A DNA stretch of 64,000 nucleotides from Verrucomicrobiia bacterium (GCA_035552155.1 DASZLX010000032.1:44903-108902), one strand, 5' to 3'; numbered from the stretch's first letter, positions 35,735-45,640 are shown. Numbers and translations: made by a program. Notes: generated from the letters alone by a model not told the origin.

Positions 35735-36726
35735 TTCGGCAATAGATCGCTGACGAGGCTTTTTTCTTCCTTCAACTCGGCTTCGGTCGCGGCGATTTTC
35801 GCCTTGCTGAACTCGTTGAGGGGAACGCCCTGGACGATTTCCCATTTCTTGCCGTCGGTGCGGATGGGGTAGCTGAACATCAGGCCCTTCTCGATGCCGT
35901 AATCGCCGGGCGAACAAACCGACACGCTGAACCAATCGCCGGCTTTCGTGGGCGTGGTGAGATTGCGAACGGTATCGACCACGGCGTTGGCGGCGCTGGC
36001 GGCGCTGCTGAGGCCGCGGGCCTTGATGATGGCCGCGCCGCGCTGTTGCACGGTGGCGATGAAATCCTTCTCCAGCCATTCGCGATGGCTGATGACTTCG
36101 GGGACCGGGCGGCCGTGGATTTTGGTGTTGAAGAAATCAGGATACATCGTGGAGCTGTGATTGCCCCAGATGGCGAGGTTGCTGACGGCGGTGACATCGA
36201 CGCTGGCTTTTTTCGCGAGTTGAGTGCGCGCGCGATTTTCATCGAGCATGGTCATGGCGAAGAAACGGTCGCTCGCCAGGCCTTTGGCGTTGTTCATGGC
36301 GATGAGCGCATTGGTGTTGCAGGGATTGCCGACCACGAGCACGCGAGCGTCGGCCGCGGCGTTCTTCGCGATGGCCTGGCCCTGGCCGGTGAAAATTTTT
36401 CCATTGATGCCGAGCAGGTCCTTTCGCTCCATGCCGGCTTTGCGCGGCACCGCGCCGACGAGCAGCGACCAGTTTACGCCTTTGAATCCTTCATCGAGAT
36501 TGGAGGTGGGCACGGTGCCCTTGAGCAGCGGGAACGCGCAATCGTCAAGTTCCATGCAGACGCCCTGGAGGGCGGCCATGGCTTTTTCATCCGGAATTTC
36601 GATGAGATGCAGGATGACGGGCTGGTTGGGGCCGAACATCGCGCCGGAAGCGATGCGAAAAAGAAGTGAATAGCCAATTTGCCCGGCAGCGCCGGTAACC
36701 GCGACTCGGATGGGTGCTGTGTTCAT
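35731..36726 (-). CDS. mdh: malate dehydrogenase
   Basis: The internal ATG gives [28 protein letters not shown]. Also [18 protein letters not shown] and [11 protein letters not shown]. Confidence 0.95.
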   Translation of the reverse strand: MNTAPIRVAVTGAAGQIGYSLLFRIASGAMFGPNQPVILHLIEIPDEKAMAALQGVCMELDDCAFPLLKGTVPTSNLDEGFKGVNWSLLVGAVPRKAGMERKDLLGINGKIFTGQGQAIAKNAAADARVLVVGNPCNTNALIAMNNAKGLASDRFFAMTMLDENRARTQLAKKASVDVTAVSNLAIWGNHSSTMYPDFFNTKIHGRPVPEVISHREWLEKDFIATVQQRGAAIIKARGLSSAASAANAVVDTVRNLTTPTKAGDWFSVSVCSPGDYGIEKGLMFSYPIRTDGKKWEIVQGVPLNEFSKAKIAATEAELKEEKSLVSDLLPK

Positions 36727-36786
36727 AGTTAAATGCGGGCGAAGTATGCGTCTCTCTAATGGAGCGCGCAAGTGGGGAGTGGAAGG

Positions 36787-36871
36787 TGTTAAATATGTTA
36801 AATGGTTAAATTAGTTAAATGAGTAAAAAGACAGCGCGTCTCATTTAACCTTTAACCAATCACTTATTTAA
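36787..36871. repeat. GTTAAAT word-array hairpin
   Basis: 4 x gttaaat on the left and 3 x (a/t)tttaac on the right. Central 10-bp perfect stem gttaaatgag / ctcatttaac (36813-36822 and 36839-36848). Confidence 0.85.
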
Positions 36872-36880
36872 CTTTCCCTA

Positions 36881-37750
36881 TTACAGTCCAATCGGATGCC
36901 AGGCGGTCTTGAACTCGATGGTATCCAAAATCCAATACGGGTCTTCGGCTTTCGCGGTGAACCAATCGGTGGGCGGGAGGAAATGATTGGCGTAACGCTT
37001 CAGGTTGATCGCGGTGCCGCTTTGCAGTTTGGAACCGAGGGCGGCATCGCCGGTGCCGTCCACAATCGCGTTGACGTCCATGTGGCTGGCGATGTGCGGC
37101 ACGAGTTCGGCGCGCTTTCCGGTGAGGAGGTTCAGCACGCCGGCCGGGAGATCGCTGGTGGCGAGAATTTCCGCAAAGGTGGCGGCAGGGAGGGGGAATT
37201 TTTCGGAGGCAATCACGACCGCCGTGTTGCCGCTCAAAATCACCGGTGCAATGAGAGACACGAGGGCGAGCAGAGAAGGCTCGTCCGGCGCGAGGACGAC
37301 CACGACGCCCGAGGGCTCCGGCGTGGTGAAATTAAAATGCGCACTGGCCACCGGATTCACGCTGCCGAAGACCTGCGAGTATTTGTCCGTCCAGCCGGCA
37401 AAATGTACCAACCGGTCGATGGCCGCGGTGACTTCGCGTTTGGATTTAGCCGCGCTGGCGCCAGTGGAGCGCGCGATTTCGTTGACAAGTTCCGCCGCGC
37501 GATTTTGCAGCATCTCGGCGGCGCGATAAAGAATCTGTCCGCGATTGTAGGCGCTGGCCTTGCCCCAGCCATCCACGGCGGCTCGGGCGGCGGTCACGGC
37601 ATCGCGGAAATCCTTGCGGGAGGCGTGGGCGAAATTATCGAGGTGCTCGCCGCGGGGGGATTGGGCGGGCAGATAACGGCCGCTTTCACTGCGGGGAAAT
37701 TTTCCGCCGATGTAGAGCTTGTAAGTTTTGCGAACGTCGAGCCGGCCCAT
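36881..37750 (-). CDS. aldehyde-dehydrogenase-like protein lacking the catalytic domain
   Basis: ALDH N-terminal blocks (KLYIGGKF, EPSGVVVVLAPDEPSLL, SGNTAVVIASE, LPAGVLNLLTG). Only 289 aa, with no ELGGK or catalytic-Cys region. Confidence 0.7.
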   Translation of the reverse strand: MGRLDVRKTYKLYIGGKFPRSESGRYLPAQSPRGEHLDNFAHASRKDFRDAVTAARAAVDGWGKASAYNRGQILYRAAEMLQNRAAELVNEIARSTGASAAKSKREVTAAIDRLVHFAGWTDKYSQVFGSVNPVASAHFNFTTPEPSGVVVVLAPDEPSLLALVSLIAPVILSGNTAVVIASEKFPLPAATFAEILATSDLPAGVLNLLTGKRAELVPHIASHMDVNAIVDGTGDAALGSKLQSGTAINLKRYANHFLPPTDWFTAKAEDPYWILDTIEFKTAWHPIGL

Positions 37751-37820
37751 TTTGGTTTCGAGTTTCGGGTTTTTGATTTCGAGTTATCGGCGCACGATGC
37801 GGGAGCGACTCCGGCACAGC

Positions 37821-37848
37821 GTAAATTGTAAACCGCAAATCGTAAATG
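37821..37848. repeat. heptamer tandem array, 4 x GTAAAT-type
   Basis: gtaaatt gtaaacc gcaaatc gtaaatg, read directly. Confidence 0.75.
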
Positions 37849-37930
37849 CCTTAATTGGGGTTCTCACCCTATGGGTTGGGCGCGCGGCGTTTAGGAGAAT
37901 AGAGGCGATTGCCAAAAAAAAGAATATCCT

Positions 37931-39742
37931 TTGCAATACGATAACCCGGTGCAGATGCGATTGGCTGAAAGTGTATTACAGCCGACTGAAAAAGCGAGGC
38001 TTCGAGTCACGTCCGACGTGGTGCGAACGAAAGGATTTATCTTTCCACGGGCATCTAGTATTGAAACTCCTGTGAAGCCGTTCATCCCCAGGTTGCTCCG
38101 AATGGTTCTGTTGGCCGCCGCGTATGTGGTGGCGGGAAAACTGGGATTGTTGCTGGCCAACCTGCATTCGAGCGTCTCCCCGATCTGGCCGGCCAGCGGG
38201 ATTGCGGTGGCGGCGCTGCTCGTCGCGGGAATGGAATACTGGCCCGCGGTTTTTGTGGGGGCGTTTGTGGTCAGTGTGAGTGTGTCCCTGCCGGGCGGCG
38301 CGGCGATCGGTTGGCGAATCCTTCTGGCGGTTGGAATCGCAGCCGGCAATACGTTGGAGGCCGTGACGGCCGCATGGCTGGTGAATCGTTTCGCGAGCGG
38401 CGTGGAGGCTTTCTCCCGGATGGGAGGGGTTTTTCGATATACGTTCCTGGCCGGTTTTTTATCCACGGCGATCAGTGCCACGGTCGGGACGTTGAGCCTG
38501 CTGGCGTGCGGTTTCATGTCGAAACAACTCACCGCGACCGCCTGGCTGACGTGGTGGATGGGCGACATGGTGGGCGTGGTGCTGGTGGCCCCGCTGATTT
38601 TGCTGTGGTGGAAACGGCCACCGCGGCCGGTGCCCGTCCGGCGCACGTTCGAGGCCCTGGCGCTGTTAATTTCACTGCTACTGATTTCGGCGATAAGTTT
38701 TTCGAGCCTGTTTCCGTTGGCGGCGAAACATTACCCGCTGGGATTTTTGTTCCTGCCTTTTCTGGTGTGGGCGGCCTTGCGATTTGAAGCGCGGGGCGCC
38801 ATGGCATTCGTCGCGGTCATGGCCGCGCTGGCGATCAATGGGACGCAGCACGGTCTGGGAGGCTTCGCCATCGTGGATGAAAACAGTTCGCTATTGCTGT
38901 TGCAGACCTACACGTGCGTGGTCACGTTCACGGCGCTGGTGCTGGCGGCGGCGGTCGCCGAACGCCGCGCGGCGGAGGACCAGTTCCGCAAATTAAACCT
39001 GGAGCTGGAGCAACACGTCCAGCAGCGAACGGCGCAGTTGGAAGGCACGAACAAGGAATTGGAGGCGTTTTGTTATTCGGTTTCGCACGATTTGCGGGCG
39101 CCGTTGCGCACGATTCGCGGTTTCAGTGAAGTATTGCTCGAACAATACCGTCCGCAACTCGATGCGCGCGGGCAGGATTACCTGCGCCGGACCTGCGATG
39201 CCGGCGTGCAGATGGATAAGCTGATTGAAGATTTGCTGAAGCTCTCGCGCCTGGGCCGCAGCGAAATCCAGATTGGCGAAATCAATTTGAGCACCATTGC
39301 ACAGCAGATTGCCATTGAAGTGGCGAAAACGGAGCCGGGCCGCACGGTTGAATTTGTCATTGCGCCCGGGGTCATTGCCAGCGGCGACGAACGGTTGCTG
39401 CGGCTCGTGATTGATAACCTGTTGCGCAACGCCTGGAAATTCACCCGCAAGCGGCCCGACGCGCGGATTGAATTCGGGCGTGAGGCGGGCGAGGGTTCAC
39501 CGTATTTCGTGCGCGATAATGGGGTTGGTTTTGACATGGCGTACGCGGCGAAACTTTTCGGCGTATTCCAGCGGCTGCATTCGTCCGCTGAGTTCGCCGG
39601 GTCGGGTGTGGGCCTGGCGATTGTGCAACGCATCATTAGCAGGCATGGCGGGCGGGTTTGGGCGGACGCCAAGGTGAATGGGGGCGCCACGTTTTATTTT
39701 ACCTTGCCGTCCACGCAGGGCCCTCCCAATCAAGCGAACTGA
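37931..39742 (+). CDS. sensor histidine kinase with MASE1-like membrane sensor domain
   Basis: Polytopic N-terminus (SPIWPASGIAVAALL), HisKA H-box FCYSVSHDLRAPLRTI, and HATPase N, G1 and G2 boxes. Start uncertain (TTG 37931 or ATG 38102). Confidence 0.85.
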   Translation: MQYDNPVQMRLAESVLQPTEKARLRVTSDVVRTKGFIFPRASSIETPVKPFIPRLLRMVLLAAAYVVAGKLGLLLANLHSSVSPIWPASGIAVAALLVAGMEYWPAVFVGAFVVSVSVSLPGGAAIGWRILLAVGIAAGNTLEAVTAAWLVNRFASGVEAFSRMGGVFRYTFLAGFLSTAISATVGTLSLLACGFMSKQLTATAWLTWWMGDMVGVVLVAPLILLWWKRPPRPVPVRRTFEALALLISLLLISAISFSSLFPLAAKHYPLGFLFLPFLVWAALRFEARGAMAFVAVMAALAINGTQHGLGGFAIVDENSSLLLLQTYTCVVTFTALVLAAAVAERRAAEDQFRKLNLELEQHVQQRTAQLEGTNKELEAFCYSVSHDLRAPLRTIRGFSEVLLEQYRPQLDARGQDYLRRTCDAGVQMDKLIEDLLKLSRLGRSEIQIGEINLSTIAQQIAIEVAKTEPGRTVEFVIAPGVIASGDERLLRLVIDNLLRNAWKFTRKRPDARIEFGREAGEGSPYFVRDNGVGFDMAYAAKLFGVFQRLHSSAEFAGSGVGLAIVQRIISRHGGRVWADAKVNGGATFYFTLPSTQGPPNQAN

Positions 39743-39757
39743 TTTTTCGAACGCGTT

Positions 39758-40201
39758 ATGAACCGGAAAACAATTTTATTGGTGGAGGACAATGCCAATG
39801 ACGAATATCTCACCCTGCGGGCGCTGAAAAAATACAACGTGGCCAATGACGTGGTGGTGGCGCGCGACGGTGTGGAGGCGCTGGATTATCTGTTTGGCGA
39901 CGGCCCGCACGCCGGGCGCGATACCCGGGAGACTCCGCTCGTGGTGCTGCTGGATTTGAAATTGCCGAAGATTGACGGGCTGGAAGTGTTGCGCCGCATC
40001 CGCAACGACGAACGCACGCGCCTGCTGCCGGTGGTGATCCTTACCTCGTCAAACGAAGAGCGGGACGTCATCAACGGCTACAAGCTCGGCACCAACAGCT
40101 ACGTGCAGAAACCGGTGGACTTTACGGCCTTCATGGACGCCGTGGGACAATTGGGGCTATATTGGCTCATGTTAAACCAACCCGCACCGCCGCCAAAATG
40201 A
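39758..40201 (+). CDS. stand-alone response-regulator receiver protein
   Basis: LLVEDNAND, LDLKLPKIDG and SYVQKP receiver motifs. No output domain. Confidence 0.9.
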   Translation: MNRKTILLVEDNANDEYLTLRALKKYNVANDVVVARDGVEALDYLFGDGPHAGRDTRETPLVVLLDLKLPKIDGLEVLRRIRNDERTRLLPVVILTSSNEERDVINGYKLGTNSYVQKPVDFTAFMDAVGQLGLYWLMLNQPAPPPK

Positions 40202-41733
40202 ATATGACGAGGCCATTGCAGGTTTTGCTGGTGGAAGATTCGGAAAACGATGCCGCCTTGCTGGAACTTGCTTTGCAACGCACCGGATTCTCGACCCAGT
40301 GCGAACGGGTGGAAACGGGCGAGGGCCTTGCCGCCGCGCTCGAAAATCAGAATTGGGACGTGGTGGTGGCTGATTATGTCATGCCGCAGTTTGACGGCCT
40401 GAGCGCGCTGGCCATGGTGAAGGAAAAAGGGCTCGACCTGCCGTTCATCATCGTTTCCGGGCACATCACGGATGACACCGCCGTGGCGGCCATGAAGGCG
40501 GGGGCGCACGACTACGTGATGAAGGACAATCTCACGCGGTTGGGCTCGGCGGTGGAGCGTGAGTTGCGGGACGCGGAGGTGCGCCGCGCGCGGAAAATGA
40601 CCGAGAAAAAGTTATGGGAGGAACATGCCTTCCGCTCGGCGATCGAGAATTCCATTCCCTCCGGCATCGTTGTGCTAAACCTGGACGGCAAGTTGACCTA
40701 CGTGAATCCGGCTTTTTGCGAAATGGTGGGTTGGAGCGAATCCGAGTTGATCGGTACGAAAGCGCCGTTCGCCTATTGGCCCGAGGAGGAGGTGGAGCGG
40801 ATCACTTCGGAAATGGCCCGGGTCATCGAGGGTGCGGTGCCTACGGACGGATTCGAGCTGCGTTTTTGCCGCAGTTCGGGCGAGCGTTTTGACGTGCTCG
40901 TGCTGGTCACGGCGTTGCGCGACAGTTTTGACAACGTGAGTGGGTGGCTCAGTTCGATCACGGACATTACCGAGCGCAAAAAGGCCGAGGCTGAATTACG
41001 CCGTTCGCACGAGGAACTGGAACGGCGCGTGCAGGAGCGCACGACGGATCTTTCGACGGCGAACTCGCGGTTGAAATCGGAGATCGCCGAGCGCCGCCGG
41101 CTGGAGCATGAATTATTAGACATCACGGAAAAGGAACGCCGCCGCATCGGTCTGGATTTGCATGATGATCTAGGCCAGAAACTGGCCGGCGTGGCGCTGA
41201 TGGCCAAGGGGCTGCAATTGAAACTGGCCAAACAGCGCTCGAGCGAATCCGCCGATGCGGGCAAGATCCACGAATTGCTCGAACAGGCCATGAGCCATGC
41301 CCGCGACCTGGCTCGCGACCTGACCACCCTGGATTTGAGTGAAAGTGATTTGCCCTCCGCCATCGAAAAGCTGGCGGCCCATGTGAAGGAGTCCTTTGGC
41401 ATTTCGTGCCGGTTTAAAGCGGACGGTATCATTCCGCCGCTGGAAGCCAACACGGTGCGGCAGCTTTATAAAATAACACAGGAAGCGCTGACGAATGCCA
41501 TCAAGCATGGCAAGGCGAGACAGGTGAGCATTCAACTTTCCAACGGCGACAGCAAACTGGCGCTGACCATCCGCAACAGCGGCGCGCCGTTTCCATCGGT
41601 GGTGGGACGAAACGCGGGGATGGGATTGCGCATCATGAATTACCGCGCCAACTTGATCGGGGCGTCCCTGGAAATCAAACCCGGCGATCCCGAAGGCACG
41701 GTCGTGACCTGCATGGTGCCGTTGAAAAAATAG
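40198..41733 (+). CDS. hybrid receiver-PAS-histidine kinase (HisKA_3 / NarX-DegS type)
   Basis: ATGA-coupled to the receiver gene. REC (LLVEDSENDA...ADYVMPQFDG), a PAS region, H-box LHDDLGQKLAG, and HATPase (GMGLRIM). Confidence 0.9.
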   Translation: MNMTRPLQVLLVEDSENDAALLELALQRTGFSTQCERVETGEGLAAALENQNWDVVVADYVMPQFDGLSALAMVKEKGLDLPFIIVSGHITDDTAVAAMKAGAHDYVMKDNLTRLGSAVERELRDAEVRRARKMTEKKLWEEHAFRSAIENSIPSGIVVLNLDGKLTYVNPAFCEMVGWSESELIGTKAPFAYWPEEEVERITSEMARVIEGAVPTDGFELRFCRSSGERFDVLVLVTALRDSFDNVSGWLSSITDITERKKAEAELRRSHEELERRVQERTTDLSTANSRLKSEIAERRRLEHELLDITEKERRRIGLDLHDDLGQKLAGVALMAKGLQLKLAKQRSSESADAGKIHELLEQAMSHARDLARDLTTLDLSESDLPSAIEKLAAHVKESFGISCRFKADGIIPPLEANTVRQLYKITQEALTNAIKHGKARQVSIQLSNGDSKLALTIRNSGAPFPSVVGRNAGMGLRIMNYRANLIGASLEIKPGDPEGTVVTCMVPLKK

Positions 41734-41755
41734 ATGCCGAAGACGCGGTGAACTA

Positions 41756-41791
41756 AAGTTCCAAATCCCAAGTTCCAATTCCGATCCAATC
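41756..41791. repeat. TTCCAA-type word array
   Basis: aagttccaaatcccaagttccaattccgatccaatc; same word family as 5205-5253. Confidence 0.7.
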
Positions 41792-41835
41792 TGCGGGCGC
41801 TTTTGGAGCACATCCCCGGCCCTCACGGCAGCGCG

Positions 41836-42144
41836 TTATCTCTGGCTTTGCAGCCGGCATCCTACAAACATCCCGAGCACGACCGCTCCGGCCATAAACG
41901 AATACGGACGCCTTCTCACGAGCCGATCCGTGGCCTGCGCCCGGGCGAGGATTTCCTGCTTGATGCTCTGGCAGCGTGTTTTCAGGCTTTCGATGCGACG
42001 CGCGATTTCAGGGCGAGGTTCTGCCGGATTCATGCTCAATGATTTCGCAAAATCATCCGCGCCCTGGACGACTCTTTCGAGGTCTTCCACGAGCTTCTCG
42101 AGGGAGGCTTCTTTGGAAATCAGTTCTTTAAAATAAACTTCCAT
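41836..42144 (-). CDS. DUF883/ElaB-like C-tail-anchored protein
   Basis: The internal ATG gives a 102-aa helical protein ending in a TM (YSFMAGAVVLGMFVGC), typical of the ElaB/YqjD layout. Confidence 0.65.
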   Translation of the reverse strand: MEVYFKELISKEASLEKLVEDLERVVQGADDFAKSLSMNPAEPRPEIARRIESLKTRCQSIKQEILARAQATDRLVRRRPYSFMAGAVVLGMFVGCRLQSQR

Positions 42145-42240
42145 AAAATATACGCGGTGGAAATCTCGCTCACAACGGAAGAAAAATATATGGGGTGTCG
42201 CCCACCGGTGATTCGGTAGAACACAAACTATTTTGGATCC

Positions 42241-42278
42241 TGAAACAAAAACGCCCAAACCTTTCGGTTTGGGCGTTT
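42241..42278 (-). terminator. rho-independent terminator
   Basis: 13-bp stem aaacgcccaaacc / ggtttgggcgttt with a 4-nt loop. On the minus strand it is followed by tttttgttt. Lies 19 nt after the stop at 42297. Confidence 0.85.
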
Positions 42279-42296
42279 GCGATAAGTAATTATTGA

Positions 42297-44018
42297 TTAT
42301 TGGCAAGCGGCAGATCCTGTGGCGCTCCACGAACCGGTGAAGTTCGAGCCGCCACCACCGCGCGGTCCTTGAATGAGGGATTTTTGAACCGTTGTATTTT
42401 CGGGTGTGCCAGCATGATCACCTTTGTGATAGGGCTGAATCATCGCCTGGTTCCAATCGCTGGGCCAGAAGGTGAAGACCGCTGCGCTCCACTGCCAGGA
42501 ATAGGAAATACCGGCCACGCTCGACAATGAGGTGAAGGTCAAAGTGGCCTTGGCACCGTTGGCGATTGCGGAAGTTACCGGGATAGCCGCACCAGTGAAG
42601 AACATTTCATCACTGAGATTATTTGGGTTAATCGTCGTCTGCCACTTGCCGCCGGTATAGGTGGTGGTGGGCGTCGCGGGAGCCGACGGATTGAATGTGA
42701 TGACCCCATCCGGCATCGGGTAGGAGGTTCCATCAAGGGTAATTGAGACCCCGACGAATTGAACCGTGGTCACGCCGATCTTGGGAATGCCAGAGATACC
42801 GTTGAGATGGGCATGCACCCAGACTACGGGGCTGGTGCCGCTCGGAATGTTAAACTTGTTCCAGGAGGTATTGCTGATGGTGACGCCATTAATGGTGCAG
42901 GCAGGTCCAGTCACAAGACGCACGCTGGCACTGCACATGGACTGACATCCCGCAGGTGAAGTGAGGGCGACCGATATTGTGACGGGGACAGTGGTATCAG
43001 TTCCCGCAGTCCAAGTGATCTTAGTCGTTCCCTGGCCCGAAGTAATGGTTCCATTGAGGATATTCCAAACATAGGTTGCGCCCGCGCCGGCGTTCGCCAC
43101 GGAGGCTGTTAGGTTTGAGGTTCCCACGGTGGTCGTGGTGGCCGAAGGCGTAATGGTGCAATCCGGGCTGCAATTAATCGTGATCGTTTGAGTGAACGGA
43201 TGAGCCACACCACAGCCGTCGGTGGCGGAAACCGTGCGAGTAATGATCTGGGGGCAGGTCCCATTGGTGGTCGCGCTGACCGGAGTAACAATCGCCGGGG
43301 TTGTGCCGCTGCCGCAATTCTGGGTCGCTGTGATATCGGAAATCACGTCACCCGCGCAGTTAGTGATGCTGGCCGGGGAGGTGAAGTTCAGAGTGCAGAT
43401 ACATGGCGGCGGGGGCTGGTTGGTACCCTGCAGATTGGCCGAGAGACTGTAAGAAGAAGCATGGCCGCCCTTGATGGTCACCACTTCGGTCAGCGAATAG
43501 CCGGCCGGAAGGGCGATGCTGCCCGTCTTGACGCTCTGATACGTATTGCTGGCGTCGGGGGTCATGCCGTCGGCGCTGGTGATCGGAGTGGTCAGCGCCG
43601 CGAGAGCGTTGTTCACATCATAATAGGTATCGAACGAAATCGCGTCGCCCGTGCCGTTGTTGAACGGGTGGCCGATGAAATTCGCGGTCAAATTGCCGGT
43701 GGTGGGGCCGAAGTTGTTATCGGAAAAAATAATCGTCAGATCACTACCGGAACCCAACGAATCGGCGGTGATGCTGAGCTCCATGTTGGGGCTGTCGGCT
43801 GAACCCAGGGCGGGTTTGCTTTCACCGCTCGTGATGACGAAGTCCCAGGTGTTATCGAAGCTGCCGTTAATATAGCTGCCCGCTCCCCCCGGAAGAGTGA
43901 TTGGCCCGGTGCTGGTGACGCCATCGGTGATAATGATGACTGGGTCCCCAAACACAGCCGTGCTGGTAATCAGTATGGCGCTCAGGGCCGCCATTTTTGA
44001 GATCAAGTGGTTTTTCAT
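42297..44018 (-). CDS. secreted adhesin-like protein with Cys-containing Ig-like modules
   Basis: Signal peptide, a Thr/Ser/Gly/Asn-rich beta-type sequence, and a Cys-patterned middle (CICTLNF...NCAGD...CGSG...CPQI...CGVA...CSPDC). AT-richer than its surroundings. Confidence 0.7.
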   Translation of the reverse strand: MKNHLISKMAALSAILITSTAVFGDPVIIITDGVTSTGPITLPGGAGSYINGSFDNTWDFVITSGESKPALGSADSPNMELSITADSLGSGSDLTIIFSDNNFGPTTGNLTANFIGHPFNNGTGDAISFDTYYDVNNALAALTTPITSADGMTPDASNTYQSVKTGSIALPAGYSLTEVVTIKGGHASSYSLSANLQGTNQPPPPCICTLNFTSPASITNCAGDVISDITATQNCGSGTTPAIVTPVSATTNGTCPQIITRTVSATDGCGVAHPFTQTITINCSPDCTITPSATTTTVGTSNLTASVANAGAGATYVWNILNGTITSGQGTTKITWTAGTDTTVPVTISVALTSPAGCQSMCSASVRLVTGPACTINGVTISNTSWNKFNIPSGTSPVVWVHAHLNGISGIPKIGVTTVQFVGVSITLDGTSYPMPDGVITFNPSAPATPTTTYTGGKWQTTINPNNLSDEMFFTGAAIPVTSAIANGAKATLTFTSLSSVAGISYSWQWSAAVFTFWPSDWNQAMIQPYHKGDHAGTPENTTVQKSLIQGPRGGGGSNFTGSWSATGSAACQ

Positions 44019-44351
44019 ATATTATGGGCAGGGTTCAAGCGCCGCTTCGGTTTACAGGCCTGGCCGGTTTGCTGCGGTTGGGTATAGGTTTCAACTAAGT
44101 AATCTCAACCAGCAGAGACCATTCCGATTTTCAACCTTTTGCATTGTCCATGTGTTATTGGCTTTGAATCAACCACATAGAGTTGGCGTCGAAATTTAAC
44201 GGCCGCATGCGGGCGGGCTTTTCTGTTAAAAGTACCGACAAATTTAAAAGGTTTCGACAGGTTGGTTATTCCAAAGAATGCGATTTGGATTGCCACCCGC
44301 CGTTTACTTGGGAGGTCGGCTGCGGGGTTCGCTACCGAGGTCCGGGAGATT

Positions 44352-45461
44352 TCATTTTCGGAAAAAATCCTTGATGACGTCGGTGACGCGCTGGATCTGG
44401 CGGTCGGTGAGCTCGGGATACGTCGGGAGACTAAGGCATTCGCGCGCGGCTTTTTCTGCGACGGGGAAATCGCCCGGTTGGTGACCGAGTGAGGCGTAGC
44501 ATTTTTGCAAATGCAGCGGAACGGGATAATGAAGCGCGCAGCCAACGCCATTGGCTTCGAGATGTTTTTTCAATTCATCCCGGCGCGGATGGCGCACGAC
44601 GTAAATGTGCTGTGCGCTTTGGGCCTGGTCAGTTTCGCGCGGCAGTTGCAACGGGGTTTCGGAAAGCAGCTCGCCATAGATTTTAGCCACTGCGCGGCGG
44701 CGCTCGTTCCATTTGGCGAGGTGTTTCAATTTCACGCCGAGGACTGCGCCCTGGATGCCTTCCATGCGGTAATTGTAACCCACTTCATCGTGGTAATAGC
44801 GCACAGTGGAACCGTGTTCGCGCAGGGAGCGCGCCCGGGCAGCGAACTTGTTGTCGTTGGTGACCAACGCGCCGCCCTCGCCGCACGCGCCCAGATTTTT
44901 TCCGGGATAAAAACTGAAGCAGGACATTTCGCCGAACGTGCCGACGGTTTTTCCTTTGTAGGTGGCGCCGGCGGCTTGGGCGGCATCCTCCACGAGCGGC
45001 AATTTTTTGCGGCGGGCAATTTCAAGAATGGGATCGATATCGAACGGGCGGCCGTAAAGATGCACCGGCAGGATGGCTTTCGTGTGTGAGGTGATGGCGC
45101 GCTCGATCAAGTTCGGATCGATGTTAAAACTGGCATCATCGATATCGACGTAAACCGGTTTTGCGCCGACGTACGATATCGCCCAACTCGTGGCCACGAA
45201 AGTAAATGGAGTGGTGATGACTTCATCGCCGGGGCCGACGCCGAGCAGGAGCAGGGCGACGTGGAGCGCGGACGTGCCGCTGTTGAACCCGACACAATGT
45301 TGCGCCCCGAGAAATTTCGCGAAGTCTTTTTCGAACTGGGCCACGTCCGGCCCGAGGCAGAAGGAACAGTTGTCCAGAGTGCGGGCAATGGCCGCATCGA
45401 GTTCTTTGCGGAGACCGCGTATTTGCGCCGGCAGATCGAAGTAAGGAACTGGTTCGCTCAT
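44352..45461 (-). CDS. DegT/DnrJ/EryC1/StrS-family sugar aminotransferase (PLP-dependent)
   Basis: GDEVITTPFTFVAT, and the Lys region SFYPGKNLGACGEGG. Confidence 0.9.
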   Translation of the reverse strand: MSEPVPYFDLPAQIRGLRKELDAAIARTLDNCSFCLGPDVAQFEKDFAKFLGAQHCVGFNSGTSALHVALLLLGVGPGDEVITTPFTFVATSWAISYVGAKPVYVDIDDASFNIDPNLIERAITSHTKAILPVHLYGRPFDIDPILEIARRKKLPLVEDAAQAAGATYKGKTVGTFGEMSCFSFYPGKNLGACGEGGALVTNDNKFAARARSLREHGSTVRYYHDEVGYNYRMEGIQGAVLGVKLKHLAKWNERRRAVAKIYGELLSETPLQLPRETDQAQSAQHIYVVRHPRRDELKKHLEANGVGCALHYPVPLHLQKCYASLGHQPGDFPVAEKAARECLSLPTYPELTDRQIQRVTDVIKDFFRK

Positions 45462-45521
45462 CAGACCTATATTTTGTGAAGTTTGGCGGCAGAAGCAAGA
45501 AGTGGTTGGGTTAGGGAAATT

Positions 45522-45640
45522 GTTAAATCAGTTAAATGGGTTAAATAAGTTAAATCGTTAAATCGTTAAATCGTTAAATCAGTCGGAGGGGCTCCGTGTT
45601 CGCCTCATTTAACCTGTTTAACTTATTTAACTTGTTTAAC
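45522..45640. repeat. GTTAAAT word-array hairpin (largest copy)
   Basis: 8 x gttaaat at 8-9 nt spacing (including 3 exact cgttaaat units), then 4 x (a/g)tttaac on the other arm. Shares the ctcatttaacc core with 36839-36849 and with window positions 1-9. Confidence 0.9.

Noticed and set aside
35735-36079. N-terminal 115-aa extension of the DeoC-like ORF
   Set aside because: The extension overlaps the 3' end of mdh on the same strand and is Arg/Gln/His-rich. A GTG start in a GTGA overlap with the mdh stop gives a DeoC-sized product.
45522-45640. Possible CRISPR array, given regularly spaced identical short repeats
   Set aside because: The repeat unit is only 7-8 nt with 1-2 nt between units, so there are no spacers. 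The complementary words on the other arm indicate a palindromic word array. No cas genes are present.
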